A stretch of DNA of 63,314 bases, counting the filler, from Octopus bimaculoides (Eukaryota), in NCBI RefSeq assembly GCF_001194135.2. It is 5 parts of 5 records of this genome, joined end to end, with 100 filler letters (N's around TTAATTAATTAA, not from the genome) between each part and the next. Parts side by side here need not be neighbours in the genome. Positions count along the whole stretch, not along the records: positions 1 to 17,222 come from NC_068989.1; 4 more parts are not named here. One strand, written 5' to 3'. The stretch's first letter is position 1, and every line of letters begins with the position of its first letter. Made by a program: the position numbers and the translations under genes. The notes under the pieces were generated by a model. It was not told the origin of the DNA and searched no databases. It saw only the letters and a program-made list of their open reading frames with translations. This document shows, piece after piece, positions 1 through 12,597 of the stretch.

Positions 1-300
1 CTACCTCCTTGTTCCACCACCACGCTACTCTGGGTCGAGAGGGGACCTTACACCACCCACAGATCTGGTCGGTGGCTTTCAACAGGTTGTCCCGCAGAAA
101 TCTCCAATTGTCTTCCACGTTGTATGATGCTATATCCCCTTCTATTTCATTAAATGCTTCAAGTAACTTGTCTCTAAATCTCTGTCCATTTGCAGGGTCT
201 TTAAGCTTCCACACCCTTCTCCTCCAAGCTGGTCTAATTCTGGGCACCCATTTTGCCTTGATCCCAAAGTCGCTAGCTACTAATCTATGTTGTGGGGTCC
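1..300 (-). mobile_element. Young RTE-clade LINE fragment (ORF region between AP endonuclease and RT), 5'-truncated near 300, continuing off the left edge
   Basis: Minus strand is one open frame: TPQHRLVASDFGIKAKWVPRIRPAWRRRVWKLKDPANGQRFRDKLLEAFNEIEGDIASYNVEDNWRFLRDNLLKATDQICGWCKVPSRPRVAWWWNKEV. The QHRL, WKL and WWWNxEV motifs are typical of RTE ORFs. CpGs retained. Confidence 0.85.
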
Positions 301-501
301 ATGCAAAATGATTTCTAAGCTTATATCCAATCTGTTGTAAATCTGTTTTATCATGTACAACAGCTTATACGCTAGAAATATTGTAAGAGAAAAATTCATG
401 TCATTTATTTACTTTAAAAAAATGCATTGTCACAGATTTAATCCAAATTCAAATTCACAATTTTTTGTACACATAACAAAACAGAACAAAATTGTAAAAT
501 T

Positions 502-900
502 GACATGACAATTTGGTAAGAAGTTTGCTTCCCGATCACATGGTTCCAGGTTCAGTTCGACTGCATAGCACATTGTGCAAGTATCTTCTACTACTATAGC
601 CCTGGGCTGACCAAAACCTTGTAAGTGGATGTGGCCAATGGAAACTGAAAGAAAACCGTTGTATTTATACAGCATATGTGTGTATGTGTCTTTTTGTTTG
701 TGGTTGTTCCCCCACGACTTGACAACTGGTGTTGGTTTGTTTACATTCCCATAAGGTAGCAGTTTGGCAAAAAAGACCATAAGGGTAAGTACCAGATTTT
801 AAAAGAAAATAAGTACTGACGTTGATTTGTTCAACTAAAACCCTTAAAAGCAGTGCCTCAGAATAGTTGCAGTCCAATGATTGAAGCAAGTAAGAGGAAG
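502..900 (+). mobile_element. tRNA-derived SINE family A, near full length, decayed
   Basis: Head ggtaagaagtttgcttcc...ggttcagttcgactgc; body gcaagtatcttctactactatagcc...ggaaactgaaagaaaaccg; tail aataagtactg...gcaagtaagag. Same structure recurs at 22236, 27635, 41191. Confidence 0.8.
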
Positions 901-942
901 AAGCTAAAAATATATATGTATTTGTGTGTGTGCGTGGGTGCA

Positions 943-985
<43 letters not shown>

Positions 986-2010
986 GTTTGTGTGTGTTAT
1001 AAGGAAAATTTCTCTTCTGAGACAGATACGTAGTGAAAGTCTTTCCATATCTGGGTGTGTATAAATGCTTTAAATACATATATGTACACAGCATTATTCT
1101 AATGTTTGATGTTTAGTTTCCCTTTAATTAATTCCAGCTTGACAAACTTTTGCACATGCCTGCAAATTTATTATTTACTGTTTACATACAAGAAAAGCAG
1201 TTCTTAGAGGACNNNNNNNNNNNNNNNNNNNNNNNNNNNNNNNNNNNNNNNNNNNNNNNNNNNNNNNNNNNNNNNNNNNNNNNNNNNNNNNNNNNNNNNN
1301 NNNNNNNNNNNNNNNNNNNNNNNNNNNNNNNNNNNNNNNNNNNNNNNNNNNNNNNNNNNNNNNNNNNNNNNNNNNNNNNNNNNNNNNNNNNNNNNNNNNN
1401 NNNNNNNNNNNNNNNNNNNNNNNNNNNNNNNNNNNNNNNNNNNNNNNNNNNNNNNNNNNNNNNNNNNNNNNNNNNNNNNNNNNNNNNNNNNNNNNNNNNN
1501 NNNNNNNNNNNNNNNNNNNNNNNNNNNNNNNNNNNNNNNNNNNNNNNNNNNNNNNNNNNNNNNNNNNNNNNNNNNNNNNNNNNNNNNNNNNNNNNNNNNN
1601 NNNNNNNNNNNNNNNNNNNNNNNNNNNNNNNNNNNNNNNNNNNNNNNNNNNNNNNNNNNNNNNNNNNNNNNNNNNNNNNNNNNNNNNNNNNNNNNNNNNN
1701 NNNNNNNNNNNNNNNNNNNNNNNNNNNNNNNNNNNNNNNNNNNNNNNNNNNNNNNNNNNNNNNNNNNNNNNNNNNNNNNNNNNNNNNNNNNNNNNNNNNN
1801 NNNNNNNNNNNNNNNNNNNNNNNNNNNNNNNNNNNNNNNNNNNNNNNNNNNNNNNNNNNNNNNNNNNNNNNNNNNNNNNNNNNNNNNNNNNNNNNNNNNN
1901 NNNNNNNNNNNNNNNNNNNNNNNNNNNNNNNNNNNNNNNNNNNNNNNNNNNNNNNNNNNNNNNNNNNNNNNNNNNNNNNNNNNNNNNNNNNNNNNNNNNN
2001 NNNNNNNNNN

Positions 2011-2057
<47 letters not shown>

Positions 2058-2110
2058 TATATAATACATTTGTGTTATATGTGTATGTGTGTGTGCGTAA
2101 GATGTATATG

Positions 2111-2720
2111 TATACTGGATTATGTGAAGGAGAATTTAAAAATGGCTATACCAGTCACATAGCTTCCTTTAAACATAAGGACAAAAGCAAAGCTACTAAG
2201 TTAGCTAGCCACAAGTAGAGTGTGAAATCTAATGCAACACCATATGTGATTAAGTGGAAAATAATAGAAAAATCCATACCTTATGTTTGTGGATCAAATA
2301 AATGTAAGCTATATTTAGCTGAAAGAGTTCAGATCCTTTTCAGATCTAAGATCCCTAACTCACTACTGAACTCTACGTCTGAAATTTTCAGCAGTTAGAA
2401 ACATATGTTGAAGTACATTTTGAAGAATTGGAAAATGCCGCCTATACTGGATTAACTTGTTGATATCCTTCCATCCTTATAATTTAAGGTCTAAGGAAGA
2501 TAACTCTTTTACCAATTTTATTTTTTAATTTTTACGTTTCCATTTTCTGTTTTCAATCTTTTAACCTTCCACGTTTTCTATATGTTTCCTTCTCAACTTT
2601 TTGTGTTCTTCTCTCATTTCAAGTTTAGTTTGTTATGATATGTGGTTTGTGCCTGATGAATATGTTTGAGGTACTTCTCAACAGATGAAACTATTAGTAG
2701 CACATAAAACATATATTGTG
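2111..2720 (+). mobile_element. Penelope-like element 3' remnant: GIY-YIG endonuclease pseudo-ORF plus terminal repeat
   Basis: 2111-2453 reads YTGLCEGEFKNGYTSHIASFKHKDKSKATKLASHK*SVKSNATPYVIKWKIIEKSIPYVCGSNKCKLYLAERVQILFRSKIPNSLLNSTSEIFSS*KH, matching the PLE pattern YIG..FK.RY.NH..SF..W.I..C.LC..E..LLN.RSE..CRH. Two stops. Confidence 0.85.
2645..2710 (+). ncRNA. Hammerhead ribozyme motif (type I, PLE-associated)
   Basis: tgtgc-CTGATGA(2653-2659)-stem II atatgtttgag/ctcaacagat-GAAA(2687-2690)-short stem III actattagt-GTA triplet(2697-2699)-gcaca closing stem I. Confidence 0.7.
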
Positions 2721-2794
2721 TCTATTAAATAATAGATGTCTCTCACCAGATGGAGTACTTTTTTTTGTTGATCTTACTATCATGAAATAGTACA

Positions 2795-2840
<46 letters not shown>

Positions 2841-3339
2841 TAATTAGATTAATTAGCTTTTTCTTTTTGTCAATGTACAAGGTTTCTTGTGTCAACAAAG
2901 TGGTTGAGGCTACTCCACTTTGGCTGTAGCCTTTTACAAGGGACTTAACTAGTATGTTTAATAGAAATACATGTTCATACATTTAAAAAATTTCCTGGAA
3001 AACTTAAATTCACATTTCATAATTCTTTTGTGAGGCAGTTGTATAATTATAGACATTTAAATGCCAAACTATTTCTGTATAGGTTGTAAAGATGAGAGTT
3101 TGAGGAAGTGAATCATGAGATCTGACAGTTCCTCTGGTTCTCTTACTTTTTCTCTCTGGCATGCCAATGTTTGGAATACAGTTCTCAAGAATGTTTCACA
3201 TATATATTATGACATACTGTTCCCATCAGCATTTCAAAGAATTGAAATGTAATGCACAGAGGCATTCCCAGCATGTGTGTTTGTGTAAGACATACGCACA
3301 CAGACACATGTATGTATGTACATATGTACGTAAGTATAT

Positions 3340-5960
3340 ATCATCATGATCCTTATAATCATTTTTATGTCTGCTTTTCCATGCTCACCTAAGCTGTACA
3401 GATCTTCTTCAACCCATCATATTACTACTTGTTGCAGTCACTTGTCATATTCATTGTGGAGTTAGCTTTCTCCTCTTTTTCAGGTGTCTTCCTTGGTTTT
3501 TCTCTTCCAAACATGTCTTTTTTTTTCCACTTTGATATCTTGGTACTTCTTTACCCTGTTGTACCATCCATACTCATTAGCTGTTTGAACCTACATAGTC
3601 TCTCTCTTCTATCACACATTATATCTAGTTACTCCTGGATTTAGCTTTTCCCTCAATTCCATTGTTTTCTATCATTCACCTACACTAATTTTATACATCC
3701 AGCAGAATATTCTTGTCTCATATTTTTCCCATCCTTTGTTCATCCATCACATTCAAATGTTCATCACAACCATGCAAGATTGATCCTTTATAATTTACTA
3801 TTCACTTGGCAAAAAATCTCTCTTGTTGCCAGCAGAGCTAATAACCCTCTAACCTTTTCAGACCCTGTTCTTTTTCTGGCTACAGTACTTCCAAACCATT
3901 CACTTCCATGACTAATTAGATCAACGGTGTTGATAGCAGATGCTATCAACTGTCAAATTCCAAAAATTTGAATTTATTTCATAGTTTCTTTAAATGCTAA
4001 CAATACCAAAGCATGTACCACAAGTGAAAACTCAATATTTTTGTTAGCTGTTTGTGATCCATTCGAACATCTTGTTCCATCCATTTTTTTGGTTTTGCTC
4101 GCATCAAATGCATCATATGGAATTCCTAATTATTCTTTTTTCATTTACTGAGCTTGGCCACTTCCCATATTGCAGTAGAATTCTGTTTATTTTCCTGTGA
4201 ACTAAGACTTTTGTTTTTGCTACATTAATTTTGAGGCCTCTTGATTCTAGACTATGCTTCTACTTTTGGAATTTCTTCTGCAGCTCTATTTATAAAAACT
4301 ACATCATTAGTATACAGGAATATCCACAGCCAGCCCGACTCAAATTCATTGTTATAGCCTGGAGAAGCAGAATAAACAGAACAGGTTTAAGAATCAGATC
4401 CTGATGGAGACTTATGTGTATGCTAAATTCTTGCTGTATTCATGCCAACTCTTATTTAACTCACTGCATCTTTTTGCATGGTTTACATGGTTCTCACAAA
4501 CCATTCACTTAGACCTACTATTCTTATTGATTATCAAAATGCAGAGTGTAGAACTCTTACCATGCTAAGTGTAGTGTTAGGTTTAGTGACTTGCTCATTG
4601 CTTAGAGGTTATCTTGCATTTATCTCACTAGAAAGAAGGCATCTGTGGTACTCTGTCCTGATACAAATCTGAACTGCATCTCATTTAAGTTAATTCAGTC
4701 CTATTAATTATGTTATTACTCTTTATAACTTGATAACTCTGATGTTGCTCCATTCTAGATCATCTTCTTTGTTCTTTTAACACAACTGACAATGAAATTG
4801 CTACACCATTTATTGGGTATGATACCTCCTTCTACTAACTAATTCAGTGGTTCCCAACTGGGGTCCATATGACACCTAGGGGTCCATAATGCACTTAGGG
4901 TTCATATAACACTTAGAGGTCTATATAAGATCTTGTCAAAATTTATCTGCAATAAATTAGCTATACTTCTACATTACACAAAATATTTTAATATTTTTTT
5001 AAATACAATTCTTAATAATATTTAATTACAAAAACATTATGTGATTGTTTTAAACATCGAATGGCTAAGAGTGTCCATCTGAGTAAATCAGGAATCAAAA
5101 GGATCCATAGGTAAAATATGGTTTAAGGGCACAGATCTAATTGAACATAGAAATGACCATATAAACATGCTTTACTTGGCCAAATATTTTCATAATCCCA
5201 GTAACTCTACCTGGTGGTCCAGTTGCTTTCTTTGCCTTCATACCCTTAATCACATTTTCATTTGTACAAGTGTCCAGTTTTAATTGCTTTTTTCCTATGC
5301 CAAGAGTAACATTCAACAACCCCTGGTAGAAATATTTTGAAGCCTATTTGTGGCACTAATGAGAGTACATGCACTATTGTCATTCCAAATACTTATCTTC
5401 AACAATATATTGATTCACAAGAATTTACTGTTTTGCAATCTGGAACCCCTCACACCTCTGATCTCTTATCACAGAATATTAGCAAACCTCATACTTTCAT
5501 TTTCTCTATGTTCTGTATACTTAATGTCTAGCTTTTCTTCCTGTTACCCAATATTTATTGCCTGTTCCCTCTGATTTTCCAATCTTTCCAGGCCTGCATC
5601 TTATCTTTTATGACTTTATTTATTGTACCATTTCCCCATCTTGAGTCACATTCAATCTAGCTGGAACCTTGCTGCAGCAACAGATCTGATATGTGGATTA
5701 CTGCTGATTGTCTTGTTATAGGTCCCACCCATTTCTTCATATCATACCCATCACTTAAAACTTATCTATCTAGCAGAGAAATCTTCATACTTTCTTTTCC
5801 CATATTGTCTTGTGTCTCTGGGAGTATGTACTTCCTATTTTTAAGTCTATGTTGTGTAGTTCATTCTTTATCAGGGAAAGACTTATTATTTACAATCATC
5901 TATTTATCCCATATCCTGGCAGGAATAAAATCTCTCTACTTTGCTCCATTGAGCAAGTGC
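3340..5960 (-). mobile_element. Old, degenerate RTE-clade LINE (end of endonuclease, RT, C-terminus, 3' tail), interrupted by a hAT MITE
   Basis: Minus-strand remnants of TTQHRL (~5850), IKGMKAKKATGPPG (KAPGPSG-like; ORF 5137-5319), the MQF..STTDA.F..R region (~4600-4680), LFILLLQAIT...LYTNDV (RT motif C region, ~4300-4380) and 3' end gcatggaaaagcagacataaaaatgat with a tgatgat tail at ~3340-3385. Many stops and frameshifts. Confidence 0.8.
4845..5134. mobile_element. hAT (Charlie-type) MITE inserted in the RTE LINE
   Basis: Starts cagtggttcccaac; degenerate right end gtttaagggcacag; flanked by 8-bp near-duplication aactaatt (4837-4844) / atctaatt (5135-5142); LINE sequence resumes on both sides. 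Confidence 0.65.
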
Positions 5961-6639
5961 CTTTCTTTAGATCCTGGCATGGACTACTGACCCTTAAGTT
6001 AAAATTTTATGGAAATTGCCATAGAAAGTAAGGACTTATGTAACAAAACTATGTTGGACCATGGTACTTTTTCAGTCATATTTCTGCTCACTAATAACAA
6101 TATCCTATTCATATTCTAATCCCAACAGATATTTGTTCAGAAATGAGTTTAAAAGAACATTAATTATTATAACTGGTTTAAATATTCTATTAAAAAAAAA
6201 ATTACTGACACTGTTAAATACACATTGACCTCATGACATTTACTGCTATTTTTTGAGTTTTCAATGCCCTTAGAGGTTGGTACTGGCCAGGTTAAGAACT
6301 ACTACTGTAGAGTATTTAACACTGTTTTTTTTATTAGACTTTTGTTTATGATTTGACATCTACTAACTTCTTTGTATGTCAATCATCTGCTTATTTATTA
6401 ATTTTTTTTTGTAGTATTTGACATTATCTCAACATTACTTAGTTTTTAATAGTCAATAGGAGACATAATAGTGTATGGCACTCATGTTGCCATCAAGACC
6501 TTAGAAGAGAATGAACAGCCATCACCATCAAATATGATTTGGTACCATGAACCAAGATTTTGCTCTTCATTTTAAGTTCCTATATAGTTGCAAGCAAAAA
6601 ATAAACACCCTCTTGGTCCCCATAACTTTTGACCAAGCA

Positions 6640-6805
6640 GAAAATCCAGGTTGTGACAGCTGGATAGAAAGAGAACTGCATCAGCACCTGACTGTGAAAT
6701 GAACTACCTTGCACAAGGACACAATGCACCACTCATTCTAGAAACTGAACTCATGATATTATGATCACAATATGCACATATTAACCAGCAAGCCATATGC
6801 TTCTC
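6640..6805 (-). mobile_element. Decayed tRNA-derived SINE family C
   Basis: gtgaaatgaactaccttgcacaaggacacaatgcacc...gaaactgaactcatgatattatgatc...aaccagcaagccatatgc resembles the copy at 14150-14370 and the reverse complement of the head at 34346. Confidence 0.5.
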
Positions 6806-7273
6806 ATAAAGACCAAATCCTTAAAGGGTACCATAAATTTTTGGTTTGTTGAGTATCTACTCTTACCAATCCCCATCACACAGACACACATACAAATCTC
6901 TCTCCCCTATCATCATCTCTGCTGAGATTCACTTTCCAGGTTTTGAACTAATACTTTACCCAGATCATCTTGCTCAGAACTGCTACCTTGAGGAATTCTA
7001 ACCTTCCACACACAAACATGTACATATTTTCCTGATGAACATTGACAGATATTGAACCAAAATTGATTTCATCAGTCTATGAGGATCTGAAAGGCATGGA
7101 TCAGACCTTTCAGACTTCAGCACTTTCTCCTTTGAACAGCTCTTAAAAATAAATTAAATATCTATCTGTCTGTCTGTTTATTGGACTGTCTGTATGTATG
7201 TACATCTATCTCTATCTCTGTTTTTCTCTATTTATCTATCTGCTTGGCTACCTATTAACATATATGCATACAT

Positions 7274-7367
7274 GATGATGATGGCTGTCCACTTGTGACC
7301 GAGGAAGACCATTGCTGACCTTCAGGAACATTGTGCACTCTAGGACTAACTTATATTTTGCATTTGC
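7274..7367 (-). mobile_element. 94-bp retroposed 3'-end fragment (probably RTE-type) between 76-bp direct repeats
   Basis: Insert reverse complement ends ggtcttcctcggtcacaagtggacagccatcatcatc; flanks 7198-7273 and 7368-7443 are near-identical direct repeats. Confidence 0.55.
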
Positions 7368-7493
7368 ATGTACATCTATCTCTGTCTCTGTTTCTCTCTA
7401 TCTATCTGTCTGCTTGGCTACCTATTAACATACATGCATACATAGATACATATATACATACATACATGCATTTATGTATACATGCATACATGA

Positions 7494-7536
<43 letters not shown>

Positions 7537-7814
7537 ATCTTCCTTGGTCCCTCAAATCCTGATAGATTTGTAGAAGTGCTTTTGTGAAATACAGCATGTC
7601 TGAGGCATTTTTTAAAACCTGGTAGAGCCCAGTCCTCTACAGCTTTAAATACACATGATTTTTTTTCTAGGGAAGAGATTGACAGAGGAGAAGTTTGAGA
7701 GAGAAAGTGACAAAGAGAGAGAGAAAAAATAAGAGAATGAGTATTAGCAGTAGGGACACCAGTAGTAACAGCAGCAGCAGCTGCAGTGGTAGTAGTAGTA
7801 GTAGTAGTAGTAGT

Positions 7815-7960
7815 TGTGGGGTGCTACTATATTTTATTGATCCTCAAACGATGAGAGGTAGAGTCAACCTTGGTGGAATTTGAACTCAGTGCTCAGAGAG
7901 CTGGAACAAACATCACAAAGAATTTTGTCTGCTACTCTAACAATTCTGCCAAATCACTGC
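7815..7960 (-). mobile_element. SINE family B, decayed
   Basis: Reverse complement of the B core: ttttattgatcctcaaacgatgagaggtagagtcaaccttggtggaatttgaactcag...ctaacaattctgcc. Confidence 0.7.
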
Positions 7961-8089
7961 TATGCATGCATGCATCCATCCACCTGTTGATGCATACAAA
8001 CATTAATACACATATACATAGATGCACATGTACATACATACACAGATGCTTACATACACTCATACATACATGCATACATGCATATTTAC

Positions 8090-8295
8090 ATACCATATAA
8101 AATGCACTCAGTCCACTCCATAAGGTGGTTGGCATTAGGGAGGGCATCCAGTCATAAAAACCATGTCAAAATAGACAGTGAAGCCTGGTGCAGCTTTCTG
8201 GCTTGCCACCTCCTGTCAAACTGTCCAACCCATGCCAGTATGGAAAACATTAAATGGTGGTGGTGGTGGTGGTGGTGATGATGATGATGATGACA
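8090..8295 (+). mobile_element. SINE family D 3' half (RTE-type tail)
   Basis: gtggttggcattagggagggcatccagtcataaaaacc...tgtcaaactgtccaacccatgccagtatggaaaacattaaa followed by (GGT)n(GAT)n. Confidence 0.75.
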
Positions 8296-8439
8296 TCTCT
8301 ATTTTTCTCTTTAAATCTTGCTTTCTCTCTTTTCTTTTCCACCTGGGGTATCCATGCATCTCTTCCACAGCAAAACACCTATCTCTATTGCTTTATTATA
8401 CATTTTAAGCTCTCTTCAACTTACACAAAGCTACCTCCC

Positions 8440-8764
8440 TCGACGCTTCTTCTCCTCCCAATTGAAAAATCTTTGTCTTGCAAGATACTAGGTGACCCCC
8501 CNNNNNNNNNNNNNNNNNNNNNNNNNNNNNNNNNNNNNNNNNNNNNNNNNNNCCCAACCCCAACTTCTCACCTAGCGCTGGTGCCACATAAAAAGCATCC
8601 AGTACACTCTGAAAAGTGGTCAGCATTAGGAAGGGCATCCAACCATAAAAACCATTCTGAAGCAGACAGTAGTGTGTAACACAGTTCTCTGGTTTGCCAG
8701 CTCTTGTCAAACTATCCAACTTACTCATGCCACCATGGAAAATGGACGTTAAATGATGATGATA

Positions 8765-8799
<35 letters not shown>

Positions 8800-8815
8800 A
8801 ATGATGACGATGATA
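8440..8815 (+). mobile_element. SINE family D (spans a small gap) with (GAT)n tail
   Basis: aaaaatctttgtcttgcaagatactaggtgacc; gtggtcagcattaggaagggcatcc; ccatggaaaatggacgttaaatgatgatg. Paralog of 8090-8295. Confidence 0.75.
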
Positions 8816-9495
8816 CATACGTTCATGCATGGATACTTAGATATCATTCACACTGTAAGCAGCTATATGATTAGTGTTATGAAGACTATCTAAATCTCTA
8901 ATACTATTCATTGATTACATTTAATAGACCTTCTCTTAAATTAGAATACAACCATATTTAAACACCAAGGAAAAGAATTCTGACATGTAGAATTCTCAGT
9001 AATATCTTTGGTACAAGGGGAAATTCTATAATATAATAATATTAGAGTAAGAGATTTGTTTCTCTATTACAGGATACATTAATACTGATGCTAAAATGAA
9101 TATCTTTGAAAACTTGAATGTTTCCAAAGAATTTTACAAATTCACTCCATCATTGAAAGACAGAAAAATATGCAAATCACTTTCTTTTTCTTATTTCATT
9201 TATTCATTTATTTAGTTACATTTTTTTTTTCTGAGTTCAGTATTGGAATTTCTACCAATTTACTGTTCTGCAAATTGTCAAAAAAAAANNNNNNNNNNTA
9301 TTATTACTAGAATACTTGTACCACATCTAATAGTATTCACAAATATTATCTTGAAATTTCGTTAGCTTTCAAGTAAATATTAAGAAAAATAGAAAACATG
9401 AACAAGAAAAAGAACAACTTTTTTTTTTTTATTGAACCATAATCTCATTAAAAAGAAAATACCATAACAACAACAACAACAACAAAAACAATGAC

Positions 9496-9550
<55 letters not shown>

Positions 9551-9964
9551 GAAGAAGAAGAAGAAGTGAAAAGGAGTAGAGAAATATTACTATTCACACA
9601 AACTTTTATAACAGATTTACAGTTTAAAGAAATTAGATATTGGAACCCTTTTGAATGCTTTTTCGAAACTGACTTTTCATAAAATGTTGTCAATGAATAG
9701 CTAGAGGCAGTTAATTGTGAAAGTATTCAACAATTGGTTCGTCATAAACATAACAGCAATGATGCTATGATTTCTCAGCTTATTCACAGAGTATCATTAC
9801 GTTTCTTATGAAACATTTCTTCTAACCATCTTATCATTTGTTTTTTTTTGTTTTTGTTTTGTGTTTTTCATTTTTGTTTTATTTTGGCATTATTTATTCA
9901 TTCCTATATTTTTTTCATTTTTATTTTTATTTCAAGAAAGCGTTTTTATTATTATTATTATCAC

Positions 9965-10029
<65 letters not shown>

Positions 10030-10404
10030 GAATTATTTGATCTTTTGATCTACAGTCAGTATAACTATATATGTTTGTGAGTATTTATATATGCATATGT
10101 ATGCATATGTATGNNNNNNNNNNATATATAGACATATATATATGTCTATATCTGTCTGTCTCTATTATATATGTATATTTATATATATATACATACACAC
10201 ACATATATATGTTTATATATGTGTATGTATACATATATATATATATATAGACATATGTGTATAAGTATATATATATAATATCTGTATGTATGCATATATA
10301 TGTGTGTATGCATGTATATGTATGTATGTGTATGTATATATATATGTGTGTGTGTATGTGTGTATGTGTGTATGTGTGTGTGTGTGTAAATGCATATAAT
10401 GCAG

Positions 10405-10580
10405 GAGGTGTTAGAAAGTTTGCCAAAAATTTGGTTATGAGTTTGGGTTCTAATCCCTCAGAAGTCATCTTTACCTTTCATCCTTATAGATTTGATAAAA
10501 TAAAGTACCAGTAATATATTGAGATCAGTTTAACCAGATACCTCTCACCCTACCAACAATTTGTGTATGTGCTTGGTAGA
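10405..10580 (+). mobile_element. Highly decayed SINE family B
   Basis: tttacctttcatccttatagatttgataaaataaagtaccag matches the B core. Confidence 0.55.
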
Positions 10581-11634
10581 ACTAAAGTATATGTGCTCGT
10601 AGACTAACTCAAACTTACAATTCCATCAAAACGAAGGGAGAAATGCTCAAAACTTTAGCCCAACTCTTTGGTCCTTGCAATGTCTGCAAGAATTGTATCC
10701 CTGGTAAGTACTTCAAAATTTTGGTTTGTGCTTTGCTGTGACAGACTAAAAATAACTTCTAGATGAACTTGGTATATTTAAATGAATGTAGACACCATAA
10801 TTTTCAGCTTGAAAAAAAAAATGCTAAACGAAGATAAGGCTAATATACAGCCTTATATCACACCACTTCAAATGCTGAAAGCCTTCAAAGAATGCTGCCT
10901 TTCATGTTTGTGTGAAATGATAGAAATATTTCAAGGAAACTTGGAGGACAACCAATTCTAATGAGTACTTTTGAAGACCATTATGAAGACAACAAAAGCA
11001 ATATAGAGTGTTTGTCTTTAGTCTCCTGTGGAGTGTCATGACCTGAAACCATGCTGAGATTTGAGAAATACATTCTTAAATATTTTCAATGGTCTCTTGA
11101 GAACCATGCACCTGAAGACCTTCCCAATGAAGCTCATCAAAGAGATTTATTTACTTGATAGAGTAACTTTTCTTACTTTTGCACTTATTCAAGGTGACAA
11201 GCTGCAATTTTCCCTTTTATGATACTGGCCCTTCTTTCAAACATTAGAACAGTGGTACAAATTCAGTAACTTAGAAGGAAACTACTAGCACACTTTATTG
11301 ACCTCAGATGGAATATCATCCAATTCTGGTGTCATGCCAGTAGGCAGGTTATCAATGCAGCCATTGATACTGTAACCTTGTCTGTAATCTTAAATAAATT
11401 TAAATGTTGCGAATGTGAGTTACGCAGTCTCTGAAAAGTTGACAATAAGATTTGATTATAAGGTTTTCCTTAGATAGCTGAGAGCTTTTTTAATTGTTAA
11501 CAAAACACATGTAAGATGATGTAACTAAATAATTTATGAGCAAATTAATTCTATTTTGTTTTGCCTTTTCTCTCTGTATCTCTCTCTCTCACTCCTTCCA
11601 TATATATATATATATATCAAAACAGGCCAAGCCC

Positions 11635-11845
11635 AGTTCTCAAGTGGTGGTGGGGGACAAACACTGACACAAAGACATATATACTATGAACATCTTTCAG
11701 TTTCCATCTACCAAATCTACTCATAAGCTTTTGGTCAGCTCAATGCTATACTAGATGACACTTGCCCAAGGTGCCGTGCAATGGGACTGAACCCAGAAAC
11801 ATGTAGTTGGGAAGCAAAATTATTACCACACAGCCATGCCAGTGC
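11635..11845 (-). mobile_element. SINE family A 5' half
   Basis: ctttcagtttccatctaccaaatctactc...gacacttgcccaaggtgccgtgcaatgggactgaacc...ttaccacacagcc. Confidence 0.8.
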
Positions 11846-12597
11846 TTTATCTATTTTTTTTCATTTTTATTTATGCATTTAGGTTTTTCCTGTGTGTATG
11901 TATATAGAGGGTTTTTCAAGAGAATATATATCAATATATATTTATAGCACTGATTGACAAAAGGCAAACTCTTCACCAATAATTAATTAATTACTTAATT
12001 AACTAACCTAGTTGCAATAAAGAAGTAAACAATAGTCAATGTGTATGTGTGTTTTTGACAGAATGATCCTCTTAAGGTACAACAATATGTTTCAGCACAT
12101 GATTTCACATTAAGAATCTTTGAAATAAATACAAAACAAAAACTGTGTGTGTGTGTGAGTGTGAGTGTGTGTGTGTGTGTGTGCGTGTGTGTGTGTATGT
12201 GTGTGTGTGTGTGCGTGCATGCACATATGTGTATGTGTGTTTGTATATGTTTCCTTGCAGGTTCATGTGTTTGTTGTGTTTCTCTACATGCTTGTGTGTG
12301 TGTGTGTGTGTGTATTGATATATATTTTCCCATTAACATCTGAGGAACAAAAGGTAATAAAAATAATAATCATAATAATGAATTGAATCTATGGTCGTTT
12401 TGTTGCTATGGAAATACAAAATTGCTTACTACTTGAATCAAACACTGAAGCCATTTTCTTCTTCCCTCTGCTTACTCATGCACCCCACCCACACACAAAC
12501 TTTCTTTATTTTGTTCCCTTGTTTCTATTCTTCTTTTATTGCTTTTTTTATAACAAGTTTTTCTCTCATTTTATACTTATTTACACTTTTTAATACA

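Noticed and set aside
9600-9830. Protein-like short frames on both strands
   Set aside because: Stops interrupt each frame, splice sites are mediocre, and nothing is recognisable.
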